Shown: positions 32,555 to 41,661 of the stretch, one piece after another | Position numbering within the stretch: the stretch's first letter is position 1 | How the letters are laid out: each line of letters opens with the position of its first letter | Origin: Acidimicrobiia bacterium | GTDB taxonomy: Bacteria; Actinomycetota; Acidimicrobiia; IMCC26256; PALSA-555 | Direction of reading: 5' to 3' | Assembly: GCA_040902705.1 (NCBI GenBank) | Contig: JBBDWT010000015.1 | Coordinates: 1-51,974 of the forward strand | DNA length: 51,974 nucleotides | Made by a program: the position numbers and the translations under genes | The notes under the pieces: model-generated | Told to the model about the DNA's origin: nothing | The model's database searches: none | Seen by the model: the letters and a program-made list of their open reading frames with translations, nothing else

Positions 32555-33700
32555 TCATCGCAGCGCGCGGAGCTTGGTCAGGACCTCGCCGAACGCTGCG
32601 CTGAACGCGGCGACGTCGTCGTCGGTGGTGTTCCATCCGACGCTGACTCGCAGTGACCTGTCGGCATCGACACCCATGGCGGCGAGCACCGGCGAAGGCT
32701 CGAGGGCCTCGCTCGAGCACGACGAGCCCGAGTGCGCCGCGATGCCCCGCTGGTCGAGCCCGAGGAGGATCGGCTCGGCCTCGACCCCTTCGATGCCGAC
32801 ACAGACGAGATGGGGGACGCAGGCGTCCGGGTCGCCGTACCGCTCCACGCCGTCGACGGCGAGTGCCGCCTCGGCGAGGCTCGCGGTCTGCGCGCCGGCC
32901 GCTGCTGCCTCGCGTGCGAGCCGGTCGTCGTCGGTGAGCTCGGCGGCGGCAGCCCCGAAGCCGACGATGGCGGCGACGTCCTCGATTCCCCCCCGTCGGG
33001 CTCGTTCCTGCATCCCACCGACGATGAAGGGAGGGATCCGCAGGCCCCGCCGGACGAGCAGCGCGGCAGCTCCCTTGGGTCCCCCCAGCTTGTGGGCCGT
33101 CACCGAGCAGAGATCGGCGGCGAGTGCCGGAAAGTCGATGGGGACGTGCCCGGCGGCCGCGCATGCGTCCACGTGCACGAGCGCGCCCCGCTCGCGCGCC
33201 GCCGCCGCGAGCTCGGGGAGCTCCGTCTGGAGGGTGCCGATCTCGTGGTTCGCGAGCTGGATGCTGACGAGGGCCGTCTCGGGCCTGATGGCGGCGAGAA
33301 CGTCGTCAGTGGCGATGTGGCCGGCGCGGTCGACGCCGACGGTCGTGATGTCGGCCGGTGCGCGACGGCAGGCGTCGAGCACGGCCGAGTGCTCGATCGC
33401 GCTCGTGACGACGTGGACGCGCTCCCGGTCGAGCTTCTCGACGCCGCGACCGACCGCGCCCCACACGGCAGCGTTGACGCTCTCGGTGCCGGTCGCCGTG
33501 AAGACGATCTCGCGCGGCCGCGCACCGAAGAGCCTTGCGACCTGCTCGCGCGCGTGCTCGATCGCAACCCGCGTGGTGCGCCCTTCGCTGTGGACACGCC
33601 CGGGATCACCGGGGTGATCGCGCAGGAACGGCAACATCGCATCGAGCGACGCGTCGCGCAGGGGCGTCGACGATGCATGGTCGAGATAGGTCCGCGGCAC
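32555..33700 (-). CDS. cysteine desulfurase (class V aminotransferase, NifS/IscS-like)
   Basis: YLDHASSTP...FTATGTESVN...SVTAHKLGGPKG (PLP-Lys)...HSGSSCSS (catalytic Cys loop). Size is 381 aa. Confidence 0.92.
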   Translation of the reverse strand: MPRTYLDHASSTPLRDASLDAMLPFLRDHPGDPGRVHSEGRTTRVAIEHAREQVARLFGARPREIVFTATGTESVNAAVWGAVGRGVEKLDRERVHVVTSAIEHSAVLDACRRAPADITTVGVDRAGHIATDDVLAAIRPETALVSIQLANHEIGTLQTELPELAAAARERGALVHVDACAAAGHVPIDFPALAADLCSVTAHKLGGPKGAAALLVRRGLRIPPFIVGGMQERARRGGIEDVAAIVGFGAAAAELTDDDRLAREAAAAGAQTASLAEAALAVDGVERYGDPDACVPHLVCVGIEGVEAEPILLGLDQRGIAAHSGSSCSSEALEPSPVLAAMGVDADRSLRVSVGWNTTDDDVAAFSAAFGEVLTKLRALR

Positions 33701-33718
33701 GGAAGCCCCGATGCTGCG

Positions 33719-34462
33719 TCAGACGCGGGCGACGCAGTGGTCCGCGCCGTCGGGTCGACTGACGTCGAAGCGCGGTGTGGTCTCGCCGTAGAGGCCGGAG
33801 AGCATCCCGCGGATCATGCCGCGGTCGAGGGCGCAGACGACATGGGGGTACGCCTGCGCAGTGTCACCGAACGGGCAGCACTCCGAGACGATGGTGAGCT
33901 CCGCGCCGTCGGACTCGGCGTGCGCCGCGAACCCGTGCGCGGTGAGGGCATCGGCGACGGCGGCGAGCGCCGTCCGCACGGAGCGGTGACCGGTGCCGGG
34001 GTCCATCTTCTCCGCAAGATCGCGCCCGTACTCGTAGCCGACGTCGTCGGCGATCACCTCCGCTTGCTCCGGTCCGAGCGCGTCGAGCGCGCGGGCGAGC
34101 AATCGGGCCAGCACATCGTCGTGGCGCATCGGCAGCGCGAGCGCGTGATCGAGCTCGCTCGCGCGGTACCGCTTCGACGGTCGCCCCGCAGGGCGGGCGC
34201 TGGTGTCGTCGTCGGGCCGGGAGATCGCGACCGTGAGGTACCCACCGCTGGTGAGCTTCTCGAGGTGGTGGCGGGCGACGTTCGGGTGGAGGTCGAACTT
34301 CGCGGCCACCGCGGATGCCGTGACGTCCTCGGGTGCGTCCCGCACGAACAGGTAGATCTCGCGCCGAGTCGGGTCGCCGAACGCGTTGGTGACCGCGGAG
34401 ACGGCGGCGTTGAACTCGTCGGCGGAGAGCGGCCGATCCGGAGGAGAGTCGACTGACGCCAC
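33719..34462 (-). CDS. ArsR-type winged-helix regulator with a Cys-containing C-terminal domain (SufR-like)
   Basis: The N-terminal wHTH reads FGDPTRREIYLFV...ASAVAAKFDLHPNVARHHLEKLTSGGYL. The C-terminal domain has CCPFG, VVCALD and HCV cysteines. It lies upstream of the cysteine desulfurase and divergent from mrp. Confidence 0.7.
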   Translation of the reverse strand: MASVDSPPDRPLSADEFNAAVSAVTNAFGDPTRREIYLFVRDAPEDVTASAVAAKFDLHPNVARHHLEKLTSGGYLTVAISRPDDDTSARPAGRPSKRYRASELDHALALPMRHDDVLARLLARALDALGPEQAEVIADDVGYEYGRDLAEKMDPGTGHRSVRTALAAVADALTAHGFAAHAESDGAELTIVSECCPFGDTAQAYPHVVCALDRGMIRGMLSGLYGETTPRFDVSRPDGADHCVARV

Positions 34463-34536
34463 CTCGGTATTCTACCTATCGCCGTAGTGGAAATCTTCCC
34501 GTCGAGTCGGGCGTCGAGCAGCCCGGTGGAGGAGCG

Positions 34537-35691
34537 ATGTCCGTGACCGAGGCCGCCGTGCGCAGCGCACTCGAGACGGTCGACGAGCCGGAGCTGCGGA
34601 TGCCCGTCACCGCGCTCGGCCTGGTGCAGGGCATCGCGGTGGACGGATCGACCGTGGTCGTGGCGATCGCGGAGCCGCTTCCCGACCGCGGTACCTGGGG
34701 CGCGCTCGAGGCGAGTGTGCGTGAGGCGGTGCTCGCCGTCGACGGCGTCGAGCGCGTCGATGTCGACGTGCGCGAGATGGACGAGGACGAGCTCCCCGCT
34801 GTCGCTCGCGTGCTGAAGGGTGAGCCGCCGCCGAACCCGCTCGCGGTGGTCGACGCGCAGGCAGCGGCGCAGCAGCCGCCCCGTGCCCGGGTGAACCCGT
34901 TCACCGACTCCCGCACGCGGGTGCTCGCGATCGCCTCGGGCAAGGGCGGTGTCGGGAAGTCGTCGGTGACGACCAACCTGTCGATCGCGCTCGCTCAGCG
35001 CGGCAAGCGCGTTGCCGTCGTCGACGCCGACGTGTGGGGGTTCTCGCTCCCGCGCATGATGGGTGTCGCGCGGCCCCCCGATCTGATCGACGACGTCATC
35101 GTCCCGCCGGATGCCCATGGTGTACGCGTCATCTCCATGGGGTTCTTCACCCGTGAGGACGAAGCGGTCGTGTGGCGCGGGCCGATGCTCCACAAGGCGC
35201 TCGAGCAGTTCCTGACCGACGTGCACTGGGCCGAGCCCGACTATCTCGTCATCGATCTGCCGCCGGGGACCGGTGACGTGTCACTGTCGATCGCGCAGTT
35301 CCTGCCGCGCGCCGAAGTCGTGATCGTGACGACCCCCCAACCGGCCGCGCAGAAGGTCGCGTCACGTGCCGGAGCGATGGCGGCGAAGGTCAACCTCGAC
35401 GTCGTGGGGATCATCGAGAACATGTCGTGGTTCACGGCTGACGACGGCACGCGCTACGAGCTGTTCGGTGAGGGCGGGGGCGCGGAGCTCGCCGCGAAGC
35501 TCGACGTGCCGCTGCTCGGCCAGGTCCCGCTCGTGCCCGCGCTGCGGGAGGGCGGCGACGCGGGTGTGCCGATCATCCTCGCCGCGCCCGACGACGAGGC
35601 CAGCGTCGTGTTCCGCACGATGGCCGAGCGCCTCGACACCGAGCTCGTCCCGTCACGTCGTTCGCATCCCGAGCTCCGCATCAGCCCCTGA
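34537..35691 (+). CDS. mrp: Mrp/ApbC/NBP35-family Fe-S cluster carrier ATPase
   Basis: An N-terminal DUF59-like domain (VDEPELRMPVTALGLV) is followed by the deviant Walker A SGKGGVGKSS and DLPPGTGD. Confidence 0.92.
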   Translation: MSVTEAAVRSALETVDEPELRMPVTALGLVQGIAVDGSTVVVAIAEPLPDRGTWGALEASVREAVLAVDGVERVDVDVREMDEDELPAVARVLKGEPPPNPLAVVDAQAAAQQPPRARVNPFTDSRTRVLAIASGKGGVGKSSVTTNLSIALAQRGKRVAVVDADVWGFSLPRMMGVARPPDLIDDVIVPPDAHGVRVISMGFFTREDEAVVWRGPMLHKALEQFLTDVHWAEPDYLVIDLPPGTGDVSLSIAQFLPRAEVVIVTTPQPAAQKVASRAGAMAAKVNLDVVGIIENMSWFTADDGTRYELFGEGGGAELAAKLDVPLLGQVPLVPALREGGDAGVPIILAAPDDEASVVFRTMAERLDTELVPSRRSHPELRISP

Positions 35692-37117
35692 CGGTCATGG
35701 AGCGGACGTAGCCGAGCCGGGGGGTGATCTCCGCGGTCACCGACTCGCCCTGTGACCGACCGTCCGACAACGCGTCGCTGACCCGGTATGCCGCGATGGC
35801 ATCGCTCGTCCCGTCGTCGACCGCCAGGTAGTTCCAGTAGTCCGGATTGGCTCCGCTCGAGAAGACCTGCCGGAACTTGCGGTCCCGCACGATGTCGCCG
35901 ACCACGGTCCGGGTCTGCCAGAGGTCCGGCAGCGACCGGACGAGCACCCAGGCGGCCCAAGCCAGGACTGCGACGACGGGGACGAGCGCGAGTGCCGCCG
36001 CCAGCTCCACCCAGTCCCAGGTCTGCCTGGCGATCTCGAGCGGACGGTCGGTGCTCGTCACCTGCAACAGGCCGTACCCGACGACGCCGGCCACTGCGCC
36101 CCACAGCAACGCGAGCGCGATCGCGAGCACCGGGTGCCTGCCCCACGCGGGCGGCCACGCGCGCGGGTAGCGGACCTTCACCGTGCGCCACCGCCCACCG
36201 ACGTGGCTCCAGGCGCGGTGGTCGTCCTCCGCTCCCATCGGCAGCAGTGCGACGGCGAGCGGTGCCGCTCCGAACACCGCCGCGTACGCGAAGAGCCGGT
36301 CCCAGAGCTTCACGCCCGCCGGTGGGAGATCGCCGAGCGCATCGTTGTCGCGCAGGCTCGTCGCGAGGCCGACGACGCGCGCCGCGGCCTCTCGCCCCTC
36401 AGCGGTGGGGAGCTGCGCGATCGAGCTCCCGAGCCGGGCGAGCGCCCAGAGGCCGCCGAGCAGGGTGCCGATCGCGATCGCAGCCGCGATCGCGCCGACG
36501 ATGGCCGTGTCGTCATCGGCTGCGTCGCCACCCGTCTGCGCCGAGAGGAACAGGATCACGATGATGGCGACGAGCCCGACACCGAAGGCGCTGACGATCG
36601 GGCGCGACCACCGCTCGCGCGTCAGCCCGCGCTGCTGCGCGTCGGCCACGACCTCGCGAGCGAGCTCCCGGTGCCACCGTTTCGACTGCACCTCGGGCCC
36701 GGTCGTCAGCGCGTCGGCGGGGACGATGCCGTCGACGGCCTTGGTCTGCAGCTCCGCGAGCACGCGGTGCTCGTAGTCGGTGAGCGGTTCGTCCGCACCG
36801 CTGGCGCGAGTGGCGCGGAGCCGGCACACGGTGCGCCCTGGCTGCACCTCGTCGAGGCTCACGAAGCCACGCGCGGTGAGGTCGAGCAGCACCGCCGGCG
36901 CGGTCTCCCCGGCGACATCGAAGTCGCCGGCGAGGATCCCGGCAACTGCCGGAGGTTCGGGCGGCAGCGCGAGACCTCCTGCGCCCACGGCCGCGATCCG
37001 TGGGGGCCGGCGGGCGACGATGACAGCGCCCAGCACGAGCCACCAGACGATGGCGACACCGGCGGCGGCCACGAGGACGGGGACGGAGAACTCCTCGGGT
37101 GCGCTCGCCGCCAGCAC
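35681..37117 (-). CDS. DUF2207 C-terminal-domain-like membrane protein
   Basis: ORF 35681..37219. The ORF-track start would overlap the divergent DUF3107 gene. A GTG at 37117 (after GAGGA) or a TTG at 37126 is more likely. PPEPPAVAGILAGDFDV...AVLLDLTARGFVSLDEV plus several TM helices resemble the DUF2207 C-terminal region. The 3' end overlaps mrp by 11 nt. Confidence 0.6.
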   Translation of the reverse strand: MLAASAPEEFSVPVLVAAAGVAIVWWLVLGAVIVARRPPRIAAVGAGGLALPPEPPAVAGILAGDFDVAGETAPAVLLDLTARGFVSLDEVQPGRTVCRLRATRASGADEPLTDYEHRVLAELQTKAVDGIVPADALTTGPEVQSKRWHRELAREVVADAQQRGLTRERWSRPIVSAFGVGLVAIIVILFLSAQTGGDAADDDTAIVGAIAAAIAIGTLLGGLWALARLGSSIAQLPTAEGREAAARVVGLATSLRDNDALGDLPPAGVKLWDRLFAYAAVFGAAPLAVALLPMGAEDDHRAWSHVGGRWRTVKVRYPRAWPPAWGRHPVLAIALALLWGAVAGVVGYGLLQVTSTDRPLEIARQTWDWVELAAALALVPVVAVLAWAAWVLVRSLPDLWQTRTVVGDIVRDRKFRQVFSSGANPDYWNYLAVDDGTSDAIAAYRVSDALSDGRSQGESVTAEITPRLGYVRSMTVRG

Positions 37118-37192
37118 GGTCCTCAATGTAGGAGCGCCGAGCGCCGGTCCGACGTTCCGGCCGCGGGTCGATGGCCCGATAGTGTCGCTCCC

Positions 37193-37423
37193 ATGGAAGT
37201 GCGCATCGGGGTCGTCCACACACCCAAAGAGCTCAAGGTCGAGGTCGACGGTTCGGTCGACGACATCGCGAACGCCGTCGACAGGGCACTCGAGAAGGAC
37301 GGCGCGGTGCTCTGGCTGACCGACTCGAAGGGCCGGCGCCTCGGCGTGCCGTCAGAGCGACTCGCGTACGTGGAGATCCAGACGGACGCCGACGCGCAAC
37401 GGGTCGGTTTCGGGCCGGCCTGA
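37193..37423 (+). CDS. DUF3107 domain-containing protein (76 aa)
   Basis: In-frame ATG at 37193. MEVRIGVVHTPKELKVEVDGSVDDIANAVDRAL...VLWLTDSKGRRLGVPSERLAYVEI is the characteristic actinobacterial DUF3107 sequence. Confidence 0.8.
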   Translation: MEVRIGVVHTPKELKVEVDGSVDDIANAVDRALEKDGAVLWLTDSKGRRLGVPSERLAYVEIQTDADAQRVGFGPA

Positions 37424-37427
37424 CGGC

Positions 37428-38417
37428 GTGGCCTCTGCGGCGGGCACGAGGCCTGCCCGCTCGGCCGACCTGCTCGACCGCCGGCTCCTCTTCTTCACCG
37501 GCAAGGGCGGTGTCGGGAAGAGCACGGTCACCGCGGCCATCGCGCTGCTCGCCGCGGACCGCGGCAAACGTGTCCTCCTCGTCGAAGTCGACTCCAAGGG
37601 CAACCTGACCGCGCTCTTCGAGCGGCCACCGGTGGGCTTCGAGCCCGTCGAGGTCTCGCCGGGCGTGCACGCGATGCAGATGAGCACCGAGGCGTCGCTG
37701 CGCGAATACCTCAAGCTGAACGTCCGCGTCCCGGTGATCGGCCGACTCGGGCCGCTCGCCTCCATGCTCGACTTCGTGGCGACCGCGGCGCCCGGGGTCA
37801 AGGAGATCCTGACCGTCGGCAAGATCTGCTGGGATGTCCGCGAATCGATCGAGGGTCGAGCCGACTGGGACGTCGTGATCGTCGACGCCGCCGCGACCGG
37901 GCACGTCGTGGCGCAGCTCGACTCGCCGCGCGCGATCCGTGAGCTCGTCCAGGTCGGACCCGTGCGGACCCAGACCGACTGGATGGCCGAGCTGCTCGCC
38001 GATCCGGAGATCACTGCGCTCAACTTGGTGACGTCGCCGGAGGAGATGCCCGTCAGCGAGACGATCGACCTCGTCGCCACGGCGCGTGAGCGCCTGAACG
38101 TCCCGCTGGGCGCCGTCGTCGTCAACCGCGTGCTGCCCGAGCCGTTCACCCGGGCCGACGAGCCAGTCTTCGCCGCGCTCCGGGCTCCGGCCGCGACCGC
38201 GGCGCTGGCCGACGACGCCGGGCCCGGGGCCGAGGCGGTGCTCGATGCGGCGGGGCTCGCGTCAGCGGTGCGGCGTTCCTCGGCGGTCCACCTCGCTCGG
38301 CTGCGCGAGTCGGTGGAGCTCCCGCTCGTCTACCTCCCGTTCCTGTTCGTCCGCGACCACGGCCTGCGCGTGACGCGGATGGTCGCAGATGCACTCGCGG
38401 CCGAGCTGGATGCATGA
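37428..38417 (+). CDS. ArsA/Get3-like ATPase, subunit 1 (mycobacterial Rv3679-type)
   Basis: Has the P-loop FFTGKGGVGKST and the DAAATGH switch. It is paired with the next gene through an ATGA overlap. Confidence 0.85.
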   Translation: MASAAGTRPARSADLLDRRLLFFTGKGGVGKSTVTAAIALLAADRGKRVLLVEVDSKGNLTALFERPPVGFEPVEVSPGVHAMQMSTEASLREYLKLNVRVPVIGRLGPLASMLDFVATAAPGVKEILTVGKICWDVRESIEGRADWDVVIVDAAATGHVVAQLDSPRAIRELVQVGPVRTQTDWMAELLADPEITALNLVTSPEEMPVSETIDLVATARERLNVPLGAVVVNRVLPEPFTRADEPVFAALRAPAATAALADDAGPGAEAVLDAAGLASAVRRSSAVHLARLRESVELPLVYLPFLFVRDHGLRVTRMVADALAAELDA

Positions 38418-39628
38418 ACATGGCGACGACGACGACCGAGGGCGCGCGCGCGTCGAGCCTCGAGTCGCTCCTCGCCACGCGCGAGATCGTCGTGTTCTGC
38501 GGCTCGGGCGGTGTCGGCAAGACGACGACGGCCGCCGCAGCCGCGCTCATCGCCACCGTGCGCCTCGGGGGCAAGGTGCTCGTGCTCACGATCGATCCTG
38601 CCCGTCGCCTCGCGAGCGCGCTCGGGCTCGAGGGTCTCGGCAACCTCGAACGGCGTGTCCCCGACGAGGTGCTGCGTGCGGCTGGCGTCACACCGCGTGG
38701 CGAGCTCTACGCGGCGATGCTCGATACCAAGGCCGGGTGGGACGACCTCGTGCTGCGCCACGCGCCCGACGAGGAGACGGCGTACCGCATTCTGGAGAAC
38801 CGCCTGTACCACAACCTCACCGGGCGCTTCATCCAGAGCCACGACTACATCGCGATGGAGCGTCTCTACGACCTGCACGCGAGCGGCACCTACGACCTGA
38901 TCATCATCGACACGCCGCCGACCAGGAACGCGATCGACTTCCTCGAAGCGCCGGCGCGCATGGCCGACTTCTTCGGCGGGCGGCTGCTGCGCTGGCTCAC
39001 CATGCCGTACCGCGTTGGAGGCAAGCGCGGCGCGCGCTTCGTGAGCTTCGCGAGCAAGCCTTTCTACCAGATGGCCGATCGCATCCTCGGGAGTGAGTTC
39101 CTCCAGGACATCGGTGAGTTCTTCCTGAACTTCCAGACGATGTACGACGGTTTCGCGGAGCGGGCGCGATCAGTCGAGCGGCTGCTGCACGATCGTCGGA
39201 CATCGTTCGCGGTGGTCACCACCCTCGAAGGCGCTCCGCTCCGGGAAGCCGAGTTCTTCTGCGAAGCGCTGGCGGAGCGCAACTTCCACCTCGGGGCCCT
39301 CGTGCTGAACAAGACGCTGCCCGACTCGCTGCGCAGCCCTGCGGGCTGGCAAGCGGCCGAGGCCCTGCTGGCGGATGCGCCGGGCTTCGCCGCGAAGCTG
39401 GTGGAGCAGGGGATCGACGGGATCGACGACCCCGAAGCCGTCGCACGGGTGCTGCGAACCTGCGCTTCGACGTTCCGCGACTATGCGATCGTCGCGACCC
39501 GCGAGCGTGAGCTCCGAGACGAGCTGGGCCGCCTCCCCGACGCCGTTGCCGTCGTCCCTGCGCTCGAGGAGGACGTGCACGACGTCGCAGGACTCGCGAT
39601 GATCGGCGAGTACCTCTTCGCGGGATGA
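38414..39628 (+). CDS. ArsA/Get3-like ATPase, subunit 2 (Rv3680-type)
   Basis: Has the P-loop FCGSGGVGKTT, TIDPARRLA and IIIDTPPTRNAIDFL motifs. Confidence 0.85.
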   Translation: MNMATTTTEGARASSLESLLATREIVVFCGSGGVGKTTTAAAAALIATVRLGGKVLVLTIDPARRLASALGLEGLGNLERRVPDEVLRAAGVTPRGELYAAMLDTKAGWDDLVLRHAPDEETAYRILENRLYHNLTGRFIQSHDYIAMERLYDLHASGTYDLIIIDTPPTRNAIDFLEAPARMADFFGGRLLRWLTMPYRVGGKRGARFVSFASKPFYQMADRILGSEFLQDIGEFFLNFQTMYDGFAERARSVERLLHDRRTSFAVVTTLEGAPLREAEFFCEALAERNFHLGALVLNKTLPDSLRSPAGWQAAEALLADAPGFAAKLVEQGIDGIDDPEAVARVLRTCASTFRDYAIVATRERELRDELGRLPDAVAVVPALEEDVHDVAGLAMIGEYLFAG

Positions 39629-39649
39629 TCCCAGTCGTAACCTTGCGGT

Positions 39650-41128
39650 GTGGCGATACCGCTGTACGAGCTCGCGCGCGCGAACACCGGGCTCTCGGGT
39701 GAGTCCCTGCGCCACGCCCAGCGACTGGTCGCGACCTGGCAGTCCCTCGCCGACCTCTGCTTCTCCGACCTGCTGATGCTGGCGCCGGTGCAAGGAGAGG
39801 AGGGTCACCGGTTCGTCGTCCTCGCACACGTGCGCCCGACGACGGGCCAGACCCTGTACCCGGCTGACCTCGTCGGCACCGTCGTGCAGGAGATCGAGCG
39901 TCCGGTCGTCGCGCGGGCCTGGCGCAAGGGCGAGATCGTCGGTGGTGACACGACCGTGCTCGGAGGACGCGACCGCGCGCGCGTCCAGTGCATCCCCGTC
40001 AAGTACCGGGACCGCATCATCGCCGTCATGACGCGTGAGAGTGCGATGACCTCCGGCCGGAGGTCCGGTGAGCTCGAACGCCATTACATGGACGTGTTCG
40101 AGCGGCTCGCCCGGATGATCTCGGAAGGCACCTATCCGTTCGGCCGCGACGAGGTCGAGATGGAGGAGGCGCCGCGCGTCGCCGACGGCGTGATCGTCCT
40201 CGACGACGAGCTGCGGATGCGATACGCGAGCCCGAACGCGATCAGCGTGCTGCACCGCATGGGGATCCACTCGTTCACGCAGGGCCTCCACCCCAGTGAG
40301 ATCGGCTTCGATCAGGACGCCGCCGAGGCCGCCTGCACGCTGCGGCTGCCCGTCACCGAAGAGCTCGAGCGCGGTGACACGTCGGTGCTCGTGCAGGCGA
40401 TCCCGATCATCGAAGCCGGCCGGATCACGGGGGCACTCGTCCTCGTGCGCGACGTCACGGACCTCCGGACGCGCGATCGGATCCTGATCTCGAAGGATGC
40501 GACGATCCGCGAGATCCATCACCGCGTGAAGAACAATCTGCAGACGATCGCCGCCTTGTTGCGACTCCAGGGACGGCGGCTGGAATCACCCGAGGCCCAA
40601 GACGCGATCGAGGCATCGGAGCAGCGCATCCGGTCGATCGCGATCGTGCACGAGACGCTGTCGCGTGACGCCGGCGACGTCGTGCCGTTCGGCGAGGTGG
40701 TCCGGCCGCTCGTCCGGGCCGTCGAGGAGACGGTGTCGACCGACGAGCAGCGACTTCACTTCGACGTCGAGGGCGACGCGGGGGAGCTCCCGGGGGTCGT
40801 CGCGACCCCGCTCGCCGTCGTCCTCAACGAGCTCATGCAGAACGCCGTCGATCACGCGTTCCCGCACGAAGAGGTCGACACGGTCGAGGGCCACGTCTCG
40901 GTGAGGCTTCGTCGTGACGGTGGTGATCTCGTGATCCAGGTCGTCGACGACGGTGTCGGTCTGCCGGAGGGATTCTCACTGGACGCGTCGCGTGGGCTCG
41001 GCCTGTCGATCGTGCACGCGCTCGTGACGAGCGAGCTCAGCGGTTCGATCGAGATGAACGACGACTCGGGCGGCACCGAGGTGACGCTGCGCGTGCCGCT
41101 CGCACCGGACGTCCCGGTCGAGCTCTGA
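39650..41128 (+). CDS. pdtaS: GAF-PAS sensor histidine kinase, PdtaS type (HisKA_2/HWE-like)
   Basis: The H-box reads KDATIREIHHRVKNNLQTIAALLRLQ and the ATPase domain has NELMQNAVDHAF...GLGLSIV. There are no TM segments. It is adjacent to whiB, as pdtaS and whiB1 are in mycobacteria. Confidence 0.88.
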   Translation: MAIPLYELARANTGLSGESLRHAQRLVATWQSLADLCFSDLLMLAPVQGEEGHRFVVLAHVRPTTGQTLYPADLVGTVVQEIERPVVARAWRKGEIVGGDTTVLGGRDRARVQCIPVKYRDRIIAVMTRESAMTSGRRSGELERHYMDVFERLARMISEGTYPFGRDEVEMEEAPRVADGVIVLDDELRMRYASPNAISVLHRMGIHSFTQGLHPSEIGFDQDAAEAACTLRLPVTEELERGDTSVLVQAIPIIEAGRITGALVLVRDVTDLRTRDRILISKDATIREIHHRVKNNLQTIAALLRLQGRRLESPEAQDAIEASEQRIRSIAIVHETLSRDAGDVVPFGEVVRPLVRAVEETVSTDEQRLHFDVEGDAGELPGVVATPLAVVLNELMQNAVDHAFPHEEVDTVEGHVSVRLRRDGGDLVIQVVDDGVGLPEGFSLDASRGLGLSIVHALVTSELSGSIEMNDDSGGTEVTLRVPLAPDVPVEL

Positions 41129-41148
41129 GGGTGTTGGCGTCAACACCC
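41129..41148. terminator. perfect 8-bp hairpin between convergent pdtaS and whiB (bidirectional terminator candidate)
   Basis: GGGTGTTG-GCGT-CAACACCC starts at the first base after the pdtaS stop. Confidence 0.5.
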
Positions 41149-41193
41149 GCGCTCAGCGCGGAAGGGTGACGCCGAAGGCCGCGGGAGAGCTCG

Positions 41194-41484
41194 TCAGGCG
41201 GTGGCGCGCTGCTGCGCGAGCCACGACTTGCGGATCTTGCGGCGGTCTTCCTCGGTGGTGCCACCCCAGATGCCCGCCTCCTGGTTGGTGGCAAGGGCGA
41301 ACTCGAGGCACTCTTCGTTCACGAGGCAGGCGGTGCAGATGCGCTGCGCCGTCTCGATCTGCTCGAGGGCGTTGCCCGTCGTGCCGATCGGGAAGAAGAC
41401 GTCCGGGTCGGAGTCGAGGCAGGCCGAGCGGCCACGCCAGTCGTCGACGTCCCAGTCGTGTGTCCGGATCCAGGTGAGCGCCAC
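41194..41484 (-). CDS. whiB: WhiB family transcriptional regulator (WhiB1-like)
   Basis: The four-Cys pattern is C-x(n)-CxxC-x5-C (SACLD...CTACLVNEEC). The GIWGG turn and basic C-terminus are present. The GTG start at 41484 is preceded by GAGGGGGA. Confidence 0.92.
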   Translation of the reverse strand: MALTWIRTHDWDVDDWRGRSACLDSDPDVFFPIGTTGNALEQIETAQRICTACLVNEECLEFALATNQEAGIWGGTTEEDRRKIRKSWLAQQRATA

Positions 41485-41645
41485 GGCTCATGTCCCCCTC
41501 ATGCTCGTTCTCCCCGGCCGTCGCACCTCTCGGGCCGGTTCCGGGTTGGTGGCCGCCGCCCGAAGGTCGGCGGTGCGCCGACCCGGACCGGCGCGCTGGT
41601 GTCCCCGGGGAAGCCCCCTCGAGGCGGAAACGACATTACGGCCCA

Positions 41646-41661
41646 TGTGACTGCGGGCACA
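41646..41661. promoter_or_regulatory. CRP/FNR-family binding-site-like palindrome in the whiB/GDPD divergent spacer
   Basis: TGTGA-CTGCGG-GCACA matches the consensus TGTGA-N6-TCACA at 9 of 10 positions. It lies about 160 bp upstream of the whiB start and about 55 bp upstream of the GDPD start. Confidence 0.45.

Noticed and set aside
37118-37219. N-terminal 34 codons of ORF 35681..37219
   Set aside because: This extension would overlap the well-supported DUF3107 gene start (37193) on the other strand and precedes the first TM helix. Internal TTG (37126) and GTG (37117) starts fit better, although the exact start remains uncertain.
41153-41491. 112-aa ORF (MSRGAHLDPDT...) overlapping whiB in another frame
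   Set aside because: It is an Arg/Pro-rich off-frame translation. The WhiB frame has the full four-Cys pattern and GIWGG signature plus a good RBS.
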